The position numbers and the translations under genes were made by a program. From Lytechinus pictus (lineage: Eukaryota), in the NCBI RefSeq assembly GCF_037042905.1, contig NC_087250.1, positions 20,152,001 through 20,216,000 of the forward strand: a stretch of DNA of 64,000 nt, in the 5' to 3' direction. How positions within the stretch are numbered: position 1 is the first letter of the stretch; each line of letters begins with the position of its first letter. The notes below the pieces were generated by a model. It was not told where the DNA came from. It ran no database searches and was given only the letters and a program-made list of their open reading frames with translations. This document shows, piece by piece, positions 49,273 through 62,955 of the stretch.

Positions 49273-51063
49273 CTGTACGAGACGAATGAATTTAAAAAAA
49301 AGAAATATTGAACAAAAACGAAACAAGAATGAAAAGATAACTTTAAATTTTTCAATTAAATATTCGATAATGCATGAAGAATAATATTTATTTAGAAATC
49401 AAACCTTTTCCAGTGACTTGCAACAAAATAAATGTTTTTTAAAATATTCATGATGATATATTAACCCTATCTAGCCCCTGGGGGGGGGGCTGAATAAGCC
49501 CCCCCATCCACATTTTTCACGATAAGTACACAATGAGAAACGAGGTACCACAATTTTTTTTTTCGTTCAATTCTCGCAGAGCTTTTAGACAAAATTTGAG
49601 ACGCCCAGATACGCAGTTATGCAACATTTTATGAGTTCATGTTGGACCGAAAATTGCTCAAAAATATTATTTTGTATACATATTTAATCCAATGGAAATT
49701 CTATTTTCAGTCATAATTGACAAATGCATCATTATTCTTGCACTAATTGGTTGAAAATAATCAAATCTTGCTTTTTATAATTGGAATAGTGCCACGAAGT
49801 GATCCAATTGAAAAAAAACTATAAAATACATAAGGCCCCAAAACAAAGAAATACGTATGGAATTATATAGAACCAATAAAATACATAAAAGTAGAAATTT
49901 GATTTACCATTTCTTCAGGAGCACATTTGTTTAGAAATCATAGAATTTGGGGAATTATTTAGGGATTTATCTTTAACCCTAAATAGACTGGGCTATTTCG
50001 ACGCCTAAGAAGACGGGGGGGGGGGGGGGGGGGCTGATTCAGCCCCCCTTATGATCTCGGCCGTTGATCTCCCAATCGCGACGAAAATTGGCACGCGCGT
50101 TACCCATGGCATTATCTACAATACCATAATATCAAAATCTGCGAAAAATCTCATTGCTCATTATGTTAATTAATGCGTAAAATCACAAGTTTGCTCTAAT
50201 TAACAAAATAATGCCCCTAAAATGCTCATTTTTGTTTCACTTACTCTTTATAGGCATCTGATTAAATTAATTTTTAAAAAAGTTGTCAACATCACATTCA
50301 TTTTTTATGTATTTTATTGTTTTCTAAATTTCTTATGTATTTCTGTGTTTTTCGACTTTTTGTTTTTTATTGTTTTTTCAATGGAAATTGTCGGAGACGT
50401 TTTTTTTACCATAAACAAGATAAAATTAATTGATTTTGAGAAGTAAAAGGAAAAATATGATACATTTTATAAATTTTGGCTAAAAACACTACTTGCATTG
50501 GATTTGTACACAAATACACGTTTTTGAGCAATTTTGGTTCTGCATGCAGTTACGAAATGTTGCGTAATTTCGGAACCCTGTACCTGGGGGTCACAATTTT
50601 GGTCTCAAAAGTTGCGCAAGACTTGAAAGTAAAAAGTCAACGAGTGACGCGGTCAAAAAAATTCGCGCGACGGATTTATGGCGAAAAATGTCGAGCTCCA
50701 TGCTTGCAGATTACATTGATGGTGACGTGTGCATCGGTTTTCGTTGCGATCGACAGTGCATGGAGATCTGAAGAGGAGGACCAAGAAGGCCCCCCCCCCC
50801 CCCGGGCTATGCAATCTCAAAGTAGCCCAGGATTATTATGTAGGGTAAACCAAATTTTTAATATATTTGTTCATTTAGTAAGAGTTTACTGTAAATACAC
50901 AGTATAGGCCCAGGTCCATGGTTACCCTCCCAAATAGGATAATTTTCATCTCTATTTGGCTACTGAAAATGGAATATTTAAAGCAATGTTCTATCAAACC
51001 AAAGGTAGATAATACAGAGAAAATATTTCTTTAGAACACATGTATGATATAGATCTACTGTAC

Positions 51064-51273
51064 CTTCTGAAGACGAGGCAGGAAATCAAACATGGTTGGG
51101 ACAGCATCTTGTCTAAGACGAGTCACTTGCCCAGTCCTGTCAAAGCAACCATCTTCAAAATTATCAGAACGGAGTACAGAGCTCTTGGAGGAATTCAATG
51201 AAGCTCGCTTCATATTGACCATCCATACTGTGTTACAGACAGTACCGGTTCAGTCCAACGGCTGAATGGGAAT
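51064..51273 (-). pseudogene. THAP-domain exon, decayed (copy 3, right arm)
   Basis: Reverse complement of 38875..39080 with a 4-bp insertion; reads LRSDNF in place of LCSxHF. Confidence 0.78.
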
Positions 51274-54200
51274 CTGCAGCAAATGTAAACACATGTCATA
51301 AAATCAATTACACATAATTAAGAAAATTTGACGTGTCCAAAGGACACAGATGCCCCCGCTTAACGCGATCAGAAATCCATTCAATATGATTGAACTTATC
51401 ATGCAGAAACCAATATGCATATATATAATTAATTAACAAATTTAGACCTTTGAACCGACTTGCATATATAATGAGATGTGACCTTTGACCTGCGTACACC
51501 GAATTCGAACTTAGCCTGTATTTTGTGGTCATCTACCTACACACCAAAATTTTTTTAAATCCATTAAATATTTTTCGAGTTATTGCGCAGAAACCAAGTG
51601 GGGGGACGGACAGGGGCAACGCTTAATGCCCCTTCCGGGCTTCGTCTGCGGGGGCATAAAAACTCTAGGCCTACTCAGCAGGGGCCCATTTCTCATTACC
51701 TGGACAAGTTAGTCGTATATCTTTATCTATTAAACACAGAGTTAGTTCCAATCTTACCCAAAAGGATTAACTAGAATCCATTGATATCGTCATATTGATA
51801 CTATTGGTGGAACAAAAATAGCATAATTTTCAAAAAGTAAAATTATGATAAAACTTACAATTATTGTGATGAATTTGGAAATACATCCTATCAAAATAAT
51901 AGCAGAGGCGAAATATGCATAAAACATACTCAAACATGCAGACATGGACATTAAATTGCTGAGGAAATGAAATTATCAGTAATTCATTTCATGACAAAAA
52001 AAATCACATGTATGTGGACATTGAGATGGGTATCCCCAGATATAAAATTTGAATAGTTTAAGTAAACCATACAGGCTTTCTTCCTAAAATGATGATAATT
52101 ATACAGGTTTTTAGGATTCCAAACACCATCAAAATATTATCATCATGAATAAACTCTTTAGATACCGAAACACACGATTTTATAAATTCTATGCATATAT
52201 TAGAGAGAGAATTTATCAAAATCTTGATAAGGGTCTGAAAGCGACGAGTACGAGTCCAATTATGGATGGCCTGAAGTGGTAGAATCTTTGTCAATTCAAT
52301 TATTTTACTATTTTAAAATGAATGGTTTTGTGATGTTTTACCAACACTTGTTATAATTCTGTGCATTACAATTACTATTGAATGATTTATCCCACTTGTG
52401 TGCAATATAATTCATTTTCTATAAATTATTATGTAATATTATAATTTTCGAATTTCGAGGCTCATTTGCATGTATTATGGTGTCATCTATCTAAACACCC
52501 AATTTTAAAAAAATCTGTTGAAATTTTATAAGTTATTATGAGGATACCAACTCGCATATTTAATGACCCTGTGTAGTGGTCCACCTGCATTCCCCCAACC
52601 AGTTATCGGGAGGAGAGACCTGCGGGTCACAGTTCTGTGTGCGCGCCCTTGTAGGCGACCCAGATTGGCTGGCTCCTCCAATATGCCTTTGAATGTCTTT
52701 GACAGATATATGGTGCTATAAAAATGCAGTGGCGTAACAGGCGGGGGGGCAGGGGGGGCAAGTTGCCCCCCCCCTGGCGGATTTCACCGGGAAAATAAAA
52801 AAAAAACGGGAAAAAGAAAAAAAGGAGGGAGAAAGAAAGGGAAAGGGGAAGGAAAGGGGAAAAGGAAAGGAGGAAAGGGAAATGGAAAGAGAAAAGGAAA
52901 AAGACAACGAAGAAAAAACTGTTTTTAGTAGAAAAGGGAGGAAAGCGGGAAAATGTACGATAGAATTAACATTTGAAAAAGAACAAATCATTGAGAAAAG
53001 GGCCTATGTAATGCAATAGCACGGTGGGAAATAAATTAAAAGATGACAAAATGGCAAACAATAGCGGGAAACAAAGGTAGAATGTAATTAGTCAAGAGCT
53101 AAATTAGAAAACAAAGAAAAGGAACAAGAAAAAAAATAACACGACCGGGCTGCTGATGATTGAAATTAAAGAGCGAGAAGAAAGATGGACTGCATTGTGC
53201 TATAAGTTTTCTAAATTTTATGCAAATAAGCTACCGGGGCTTTGCCCCAGACCCCACAAAGTAGGGGCTCTTCATTTATAATCTTCAAATGGCTCTATAA
53301 CGCCCCCGTTCAATCACGTTCAATCACTGCCATACAGGCGGGGGGGGGGGGGGTCGTGGTTCCACACCCAAGAGGATATAAAAGAAATTTTATAGGAGAC
53401 AACGTACATGACGTATAATGAAATGAATGGAAACAATGAAATGTGTTATTTGCTGAATATAATGGAAAAATCTATCACATAATTAGATTTTAATTTCAAT
53501 AGGCAATTTTTTCCAGCTCGCTTTGCACACTGGCGACTTTTTACAAATTTTCCCACATTTCTATGTTTTGCCCCCTCAAAATATTTGGTTCATTATGCAA
53601 CTGGGTTGAATAAATGTGTTGTGTAAAAGCTATATTATGCCCGCGATTTGATTAAAATTGGGGAAATCTGCAAGGTTTAAATGGCTTTGATATCAAGAAG
53701 TTCCTGGGGCTCTGCCCTGGACCCCAAACGCACAGCACTGCGTATGGAAGGGTTGGGCCATGGCCCCAAAAAGTTCTACAGCCAAGAACAAAAAAAGGAG
53801 GAATTACCTCCTTTTTTGTTGGAAAAGTATTGTAGGATATGATTTTAATGACTGAATATGTTAAAAAATAGCTCAAAGTTAGATTCTCATGAAAAGATGA
53901 TTTTTTTTTCTCGCTCGCTTCGCTCGCTCAGGACATATATATATAAAGCAGCCTTTTGGCACATGTTCTATACTGCGCTCCTCGTTGTTTTTTTGTTTTG
54001 TTTTTTACTCTTCACGCTACTGCCGCAAAGAATCCTCTTCACAGTGGCGTACAGACCACCGTGACAAAAAAGGAATCTAAAGAGAGAAGAATTAAATAAA
54101 TTTATTATCTGGATATCATGTCAAAATCTATCACAAAATTGGATTTTTGTATTAAAAAGGTTTAAAAAAAATTGCTCGCTCGCTTCGCTCGCTCGCAACT

Positions 54201-54886
54201 TTTTTTTAAAGATAAATTCTGGCCTTCTCAAAATAGTCGCCTTATTACACCGTTACGCCTATTCATACCATGATATGACCGGTAAATTTTTGGCTCTTGC
54301 CCCCCCCCCCCTGGCCACCGAACCCTGTTACGCCGCTGTAAAAATGCTGTGCATCATCATCATCATCATCTACCTACACACCCAAATTTTTTAAAAATCT
54401 GTTGAATATTTCATAAGATATCTTTAAGGAGCTGTGATCTTTGACCTGCATACTCCGAATTCGAACTTAGCCTGTATTGGTATCATCTACCTACACACTC
54501 AAATTTGTTTAAATATGTAGAATATTTTATAAGTAATCATGCGGAAACTAAATTGCATATTTAATGACCCGTGACCTTTGACCTGCCGACTACGAATTCG
54601 AACTTGACCTGTAGTTTGGTGTCGTCTACCTACACACTCAAATTCGTTTAAATATGTAGAATATTTCATAAGTAATCATGCGGAAACTAAATTGCATATT
54701 TAATGAGCCGTGACCTTTGACCTGCCGACTCCGAACTTAGCCTGTATATGGTGTCATCTACCTACACACCCTAATTTTTATAAATCTGTTGAATATTTAA
54801 TAAGTCATCATGCGGAAACCAACTCGGATATTTCATGAGCTGTGACCTTGGACCTGCAGACTCCGAATTCAAAGTTAGCCTGTACT

Positions 54887-55162
54887 GTCGTGGTCTAGTG
54901 GTTCTGACTCTCGCCTTTGAGACAGAGGGTCGTGTGTTCGAATCGTAGCCATGGCGTATTTTCCTTCAGCAAGAAATTTATCCACACTGTGCTGCACTCG
55001 ACCCAGGTGAGGTGAATGGGTACCCGGCAGGAGTAATTCCTTGCATGCACTGAGCGCCGGTGATGGTAGCTCGAGCTAAAGCCGGGGTAATAATAGCAGC
55101 GCTTTGTATCCTCTGGCAAAAAGCGCTTTATAAATCCAACTATTATTATTATTATTATTATT
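54887..55162 (+). mobile_element. tRNA-derived SINE (family B), right arm only
   Basis: Matches 21938..22212; interrupts the HINE-like unit. Confidence 0.85.
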
Positions 55163-57685
55163 ACTATGGTGTCATGTACCTACACACCGAAATATATTTC
55201 GATTTATTGCGCGGAAACCAAGTGGGGGGGGGCGGGCGAATCAACGGACAGGGGCAACGCTTAATGCCCCCTCTGGACTTTGTCTGCAGGGGCATAATTA
55301 CCAAGGAGCTGCATTTGAAGCGAGCCTGAATCAAGGCTGTGAAATTTATTAGCGCCACCATCAGGCTTCCTTTTATTTGCGTAAAAAGAAGAGACACGCG
55401 AAGTCACTTTCTAGTCCAAACTCTAAAGTAATCAAATTTGCTTTTTTTTTAATATGATTTTGATTTAATTAAAAATATACTATTGACTTTTTGTATTATG
55501 GCTAATCACCGCAAAGCGCCCCGGTGAGTAGCGAGGAGTTTCGGCAAATATTAATTCTGTATTGTAATGAAGCGATGTTTGCCAACTTCACAGAAATCCA
55601 GGGCCAAATGCAGTTCGGTGTACGAGGTTATACTATAGATCTATACATGTACTGTAGCAACTATATGTACTGTAGCAACTAACCTCGAACTAGTAATGAG
55701 TGGGCATGGTGGGGCCAGGGCCAAGGCTACCACAACTATACTAGTACAGCAGGCGATGGTTCGTGTAAGCTCCACTACACTTCACTACTGCTAACCTCCG
55801 CTTCACCTATAGGCTATAGTGGAGTGTTTAATGGCTGGCTATACGAACCATTGCCTGAGTTTTTTAGGGCCTATAGTCACTCAAGGGTTCATTACATGCC
55901 GCCGCGCACAGAAAAATCAAGCAATAGAAGTTGTGTGTTGTGGACACCAGAAGTGGGATCACGTACAGCACGCATGACCCACTAGTTAGAAATCCATTGC
56001 CAAACGTGGTTAATGGTGCGAGGTTAGTATACTAATACTATAACCTCGCAATACGCGTGAGTCACTGAGTGGAGTAGCCTAACGTTAGTTAGAGTTTCAT
56101 ACGGCATGTACGGCCAGGCATCAATCTGTCAATAACTTTTGTTCATTGTTGTCATCCAATTTCAATGAAATTTTCAGCATTTTGCTCGGAATGAATTTTA
56201 CATTATTTATTAAGATCAAGGCCTAAATATCTTCAACCTGTATAATTCATAACCATTTTACTTTTTTGGTGTGCAGAAAAGACCCCCCCCCCCCAATGGT
56301 CTGCTGACTACAGTACATAAACTTAAATACACGGGACTAGTATTGTTACACAGCTTTTTGCAAATGCAAGTTTGGTAACGACTAACGAATTCCCATTTTT
56401 TTTTCAACGTAATTTTGAAGTCGAAAACATAGCTGAACTTACGAATGCAATGTCCGTCCACATCCTACCGATTAGAGCAGTTGTATGCAGCTCATGTAGG
56501 CATGAATAACGTGAAATCTAAGCTAATAAGTTCACCAACATGCCAATCTGAGCTGTGAAACAGTGTGATCGATCGTCCCGGAGCGAAAACAGCTTGAGCA
56601 AGGTGCAGCCAATCAGCGACCTTCTTATGTCCCCTTCGAGACAGAGGAGACGAAATGATTTTATGTCAAAAAGACTCAAAACACAAAATCATTTCGTCGA
56701 CGAAATTTTTTTGTCTTTTGACACAAAATCATTTCGTCGACGAAATTTTTTTGTGTTTTGACACAAAATCATTTCGTCGACGAAATTTTTTTGTGTTTTG
56801 ACACAAAATCATTTCGTCAACGAATTTTTTTTGTGGTTTTGACACAAAATGATTTCGTCGACGGAATAGATTTTCACATCGCAACGAAATAAATTTTGTG
56901 GACGCAATTACATTTAGTCTCAACGAAAATTGATTTTGTGTGACAAAAACTAATTTCGTATACGAAATAAAACTGCGTCATGACGAAATGATTTTCATAT
57001 GAACAAAAACACATTTTGTGTACGGAATTGCGTGAATTGGACGGAATTTACCATCGGACATTTGGTTCGCCATTTCGTTTGATAAAAAATCATTTCGTAT
57101 GGCACGCCAAATAAACTTTGTGGACGCAATTACATTTCGTCTAGACGAAATTGATTTCGTGCATTTCGTCGAGACGAAATTGATTTTGTGTGACAAAAAA
57201 TAAATTTTGTGTACGAAATAAAAAAGCGTCATGACGAAATGATTTTCGTCTGAATAAAAACACATTTTGTGTACGGAATGCCGTGATTTGGACGGAAATC
57301 ACTGCCGGACACTTGGCGCCCCATAGAATCCTGGGGGTTGAATGAATTGAATTGAATTTCACCTAACAAAGTTAGTCACACAGAATTAGACAACATAAGC
57401 CAAACTGAATTTTGAACATGGCCAAAGTATTTGAAACATTTAGCATGTTTAGTAATGCATGTATATAATCTACTTTCGTCTAGAAAATAACGGCAAAAAA
57501 ACATAACCCTAAATGCCTTGTTCCGGGCCTTGTTTCCCAACCATACATATATATGCAAATAGACCTTTACTATTATACCCCAGGGCCCCGTTGCATAAGT
57601 GTAACTATTATGTTAACTTTGCTATCCAATGGTAACTACATACCATGAAATCCTTGATATTGATTGGCTGTTGGGCCATGTTACC

Positions 57686-60600
57686 TATGAGGCGCCAAGT
57701 GTACGCCCGTATTTTCCGTCCAAATCACGCCATTCCGTACACAAAATAATTTTTTATTCAGACGAAAATCATTTCGTCATGACGCTGTTTTATTTCGTAT
57801 ACGAAATCTATTTTTGTCACACGAAATCAATTTCGTCGAGACGAAATGTAATTGCGCCCACAACATTTATTTCGTACCGTACGAAATTAATTTCGTCGAG
57901 ACGAAATGTAATTGCGTCCACAAAATTCATTTCGTACTATACGAAATTAATTTCGTCGAGACGAAATGTAATTGCGTCCACAAAATTTATTTCGTACCAT
58001 ACGAAATTAATTTCGTCGAGACGAAATGTAATTGCGTCCACAAAAATTTATTTCGTACTAACGAAATAAATTTTGATCAAACGAAATGGCACACTAAGTA
58101 TCCGACGGTAAATTCCGTCCAATTCACGCCATTCCGTACACAAAAAAAGTTGTTATTCAGACAAAAATCATTTCGTCAAAACGCAGTTTTATTTCGTATA
58201 CGAAATCTATTTTTTGTCACACGAAATTAATTTCGTCGAGACGAAATTCATTTCGTACAATACGACATAAATTTTTGCTATAACGAAATGGATTGCGCCG
58301 ACGAAATGAACTTCTTGTGGTACGAAAAGTTTGTCGTTGCGATGCAAAGATCTATTCTGTAAACGAAATGAATTTTCCACCGGATGGAAAATTCATTTCG
58401 TTTACAGAATCGGACACTTGGCGCGCTAAGTCCGCCAAGTGTAAAAAAAATTAGTTTCGTGTCCGAAACACGGAAATAAAAGGAAGGAAGTGGTCCGAAA
58501 CGGCATTTACGCCCGCTCTGTCAAGTATAGGGGGGGGGGGTATAAGAAGGGTGCTGATTGGCTGCCTTGCTCAAGCCGTTATGATAGTGTCATTTTGTGG
58601 GACAGGCTAACCGATGAGACATAATGTAGTGAAATATTCAATATCGCTTTGAAATGTACTTTCATGTTTCCTTTTTTTTTTAAAGACCTTTTTGTCCCTT
58701 TCTTTCCTTTGTGGTTCTTTAATCATCCCCTTTCTCTGTCTCTATTTATCACTTCTTTTTATCTCTATTTCTTTTTAATCTTACCCTCTTCTATTTACAT
58801 TTCGTTGTGTTGTTTATTTCTTGCCTCTCTTTCTCATCTCCCCCTCGATCTCTCCCCCCTGAAATTTCAGTATAGTATATGGTCGCTCTTCTTTGATACA
58901 GTTGTACATGTATAGCCACAAATAACTCAAATGTGAAATTGTTAAAATGTTTAAGTTATAGTTTTACTGCGGGGGGGGGGGGGGGCAAGGGATATCAATG
59001 CTCTCTCATGACAAAAATATTAAATGTGTATCTGTCTAGTAGGGGATATAAGAAAGTCGCTGCATTGCTCAAGCCGTTTTTGTCCCCTTCAACTTACTTT
59101 GATTGATTGAATTCATTGTCATGCACAAACAAAAGTTGCATAAGAATCGTCTTGTGGCTCCCATTTCATAATACAGAACATATAACAAAAATACAAAGTA
59201 ATCACAAAAGTAAATACAAATTGAAAACATGACAATACACATTTCATATTTCTGTTGAGAGCCAGAGGAGAGCAAACTTACTAGTTTATTTTATGTCCCC
59301 TGCCCCCCCCCCCGCGAAACTAACTGAAATGACAAGTCCACCCCAACAAAAAGTTGATTTGAATAAAAAGAGAAAATTCCAACAAGTATAACAGGCGCGT
59401 ATCCAGGATTTTGCACCCAGGGGGAGGGGAACCTAATTTTTGTGCTCCGGTGAACTTTTAGAAAATGGCGCCCCCACCTTCCGCCTGGCACACATAGGTG
59501 CCTTAAATGCATGTTGAATTATCTTATTTCATAATCACGTGAAAAAGGACAACCGAATACCACTTTTTTTTAATATGTTCATTAAAAAGATATTCATGAT
59601 TATGTTGTCTTGCCACTTTTTCAAAAGAATAAATGCGAATGGGTGGGTGTTTCATACAGCTCTTCGTAAGTTAAGAGCGACTTTTAGAACGACCGGTAAA
59701 CCTTTTTACGCTCTAAATAATCACCAATGAACATTAAATATTCAATATCATTTACCACAAGAAAGGATCACCAGTCGTTCTTAAAGTCACGCTGTTAATG
59801 TACAAGCACTTCGGGGTTTAACTCCTCATCAGAGTAGGTCCTACTGAAATTATGTGAGAGCGGACATTTCTTTTCCAGGGGCCGATCCAGCTTTCGCTAA
59901 TAGGGGGGGGGGGAGTAGTGCCATCTAATGTTCTCCGATCGGAAATTCTAAGCACTTTTTGAAATCTGAACATGATTGGTATTATTGATGCAAAATTACG
60001 AAATTTGAATTTGAATTTGAAAAAAAATTGATACGCGATCGGAAAATTGTTGATATTCTGATCTCAAATATGGAATTTCTGTAAGCACTTTTGGTAATCC
60101 AGAACTGGATGGGTATCTATCTCAACATTAATGCAAGCGAAAATCGCGAGCTGATAATTTCCGAATTTACGACGTAAAACTGAACATTCTATGCACTTAG
60201 CCTGGGTTAATTTAGCTTTATCAAATATATTGATGCGAGCGTGAAGCGCGAGCAGAAAATTTATGTTATTTTACCTAACATTTGGACATTCCAAGCACTA
60301 TTGGTAATGACAGGATCGATAGGTATCTAACAAAATCATTTGCGCTCGCATTAGAATTTTTGATATTCCGACTCAAAACTAGACATTCTAAGCGCATATT
60401 GTAACTATGAATGGTATGGTATCTATTAACAATTGATAAAAATGTTTGATATTCTAACCTATAATTTTGACGTTCTAAGCACTCTTGGTAATCATGAACA
60501 GAATGGGCATCTAATTGTATGCGAACGCGTAGCGCGGGCTTAAAATTCTATCCTAGCTGGACATTCTAAGCAAATTTATTAACCATGAACAGGATGCGTA

Positions 60601-62955
60601 TCTATCTAAACAATATTGTAAGAGCGCGAAGCGTGAGCTAAAAACTGTGATATTCTGACCAAACATTTGGACATTCGAAGCACTTATCTAACCATGAACA
60701 TGATCGATCTTCACCTTACTAAACAATTGATGCGAACGCGAAGAGCGAGCAGAAAATTTTTTATATTCTGACCTAAAATATGGACTTTCTGAACTCTTTT
60801 GGTAATCATGAACAGGATGGCATCTTAACGATGCATTAATTTGATGCAAGTGCGAGCACCAAACTAATGTGTAACATGAGGCTGAACATCAATTCGGCGC
60901 CCCCCCCATGTTGAGGATCAATTTGAAGCCCTTAGGACGAACTTTTATTCGGCGCCCCCCTAGTGCGAACATCAATTCGGCGCCCCTCTTCCCTCTTATT
61001 TATCTTTCTTTCCCCTTTTCTCTTCTTCTTTCTCTCCTTTTTTTCTTCCCCTTTATCTTTTCCTCTCTTTTCTTCTTTTTTCGCCCCCTTTTCGTCTACC
61101 GGGGGCTCCGGGCCCCGAAAGCCCCACACCCGAATACACGCATGCATAATACTGAAAATTTTATCAAAATTGGATGTGAAATAAGAAAGATATGATATTT
61201 TAAAGTTTCGTTTAATTTTACGGAACAGTTATATGCGCATCCTGGTCTGTATACGAGGAGACTGATGACGTCATTCGCTCGCTATTTCTTGTGTATATTA
61301 TTACATGAAATATTTTAATTTTCTTCTCATTGTCAAGTGAAACAAAGTCTAATTCCTCCCTGAACACGTGGAATTAGCATATTGTTTTAATACTATATGA
61401 TTTGAACAGTCAGGTTAATCCTTATTGTCAAATCTGTAAAAATGGAATATTGTATAATTCAAACAATAAAAAAAAAGAAATAGTGAGTGAGGGACACCAT
61501 CGAATGTCTCATTTCCATCTCACAGAGTTGTGCATATAACTGTTTTGTGAAAATTGAGTGAAACTTGAAAATGTCATAATTTTCTTATTTTACATCTGAT
61601 TTGATGGAATTTTCAACGTTTTGCTAGTCTGATTTGTTTCTATTCATTCAAATCAACATTTTTCTGGGGTGGACGTGACCTTGAAATACTTGAACAATTT
61701 AATACATAGTCGAAAAGTCATTGACAACATTATGTACATGTATGTATAAATCGGTTTATGGAAATAACTATGTGGAAAGACAGAAAAAGAGTGACCATAT
61801 ACTACACTGAAACGTCAGGGGGGATAGAAAGAGGGGGGGGGGGAGAGGCAAGAAAGAAACAACACAAACGAAATGGAAATATAAGTGGGGAAGATTAAAA
61901 AGAAAGAGAAATAAAAAGTGATCAAGAGAGACAGAGAAAAAGGACGATTAAAGAACCACAAAATAAAGATAAGGATAAAAAGTATAAAAATGAAACATGA
62001 AATGAAATATCAAAGCGATATTAAATATTTCACTACATGTGCCTCATCGCTTTGCCTGTCCCACAAAATAATGACATACTACCATAGCGGCTTGAGCAAG
62101 GCAGCCAATCAGCGGCCTTCTAATACCCCACTCGACAGTAAATGCCGTTTCTTACACGAAATGATTTTTTTGGACACTTGGCGGACCTATCGCGCAAAGT
62201 GTCCGATTCTGTAAACGAAATGAATTTTCCATCGGACACTATCTTGGCGTGCCAGGTGTCTGATGGAAAATTCATTTTGTTTACAGAATAGATCTTCGCA
62301 TCGCAACGAAAACTTTTCTTTGCCACAGGAAGTTCATTTCGTCGGCGCAATCTATTTCGTTATAGAAAAAATCATGTCGTATGGTACGAAATGAATTTCG
62401 TCTCGACGAAATTGATTTCGTGTGACAAAAAATAGATTTCGTAACGAAATAAAACTGCCTTTTGACGAAATGATTTTTGTCTGAATAACAACTTTTTTGT
62501 GTACGGAATGGCGTGAATTGGACGGAATTTACTGTCGGATACTTGGTGTGCCATTTCGTTTGATCTAAATTTATTTCGTTAGTACGAAATAAATTTTTGT
62601 GGACGCAATTACATTTCGTCTCGACGGAATTAATTTCGTATGTAACGAAATAAATTTTTGTGGACGCAATTACATTTCGTCTCGACGAAATTAATTTCGT
62701 ATGGTACGAAATAAATTTTGTGGACGCAATTACATTTCGTCTCGACGATATTAATTTCGTATGGTACGAAATAAATTTTGTGGACGCAATTACATTTCGA
62801 CTCGACGAAATTGATTTCGTGTGACAAAAATAGATTTCGTATACGAAATAAAACAGCGTCATGACGAAATGATTTTCGTCTGAATAAAAACATATTTTGT
62901 GTACGGAATGGCGTGATTTGGACGGAAAATACTGGCGTACACTTGGCGCCTCATA
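57686..62955. mobile_element. 5.3-kb non-autonomous element of the same IS3EU-like family, TIRs about 1.2 kb
   Basis: TATGAGGCGCCAAGTGTACGCC ... GGCGTACACTTGGCGCCTCATA, TSD GTTACC, 60-bp tandem repeats inside both TIRs. Confidence 0.85.
59327..61682. mobile_element. Kolobok-like element (related to 48177..48767) interrupted by a CAGGCGCGTATCC-terminal insertion at 59392..61144
   Basis: 59327..59391 and 61145..61682 rejoin into the 48177 family sequence. Confidence 0.6.

Larger units (their letters stand above)
31528..57325. mobile_element. Giant (25.8 kb) fold-back DNA element with IS3EU-like termini
   Basis: TATGGGGCGCCAAGTGTCCG ... CGGACACTTGGCGCCCCATA, TSD GAATCC (31522..31527 and 57326..57331). 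The arms are inverted copies over most of their length. Confidence 0.85.

Noticed and set aside
31528..57325. Polinton/Maverick interpretation (similar size, 6-bp TSD)
   Set aside because: The termini are not AG..CT, and there are no polymerase B, integrase, ATPase or capsid ORFs.
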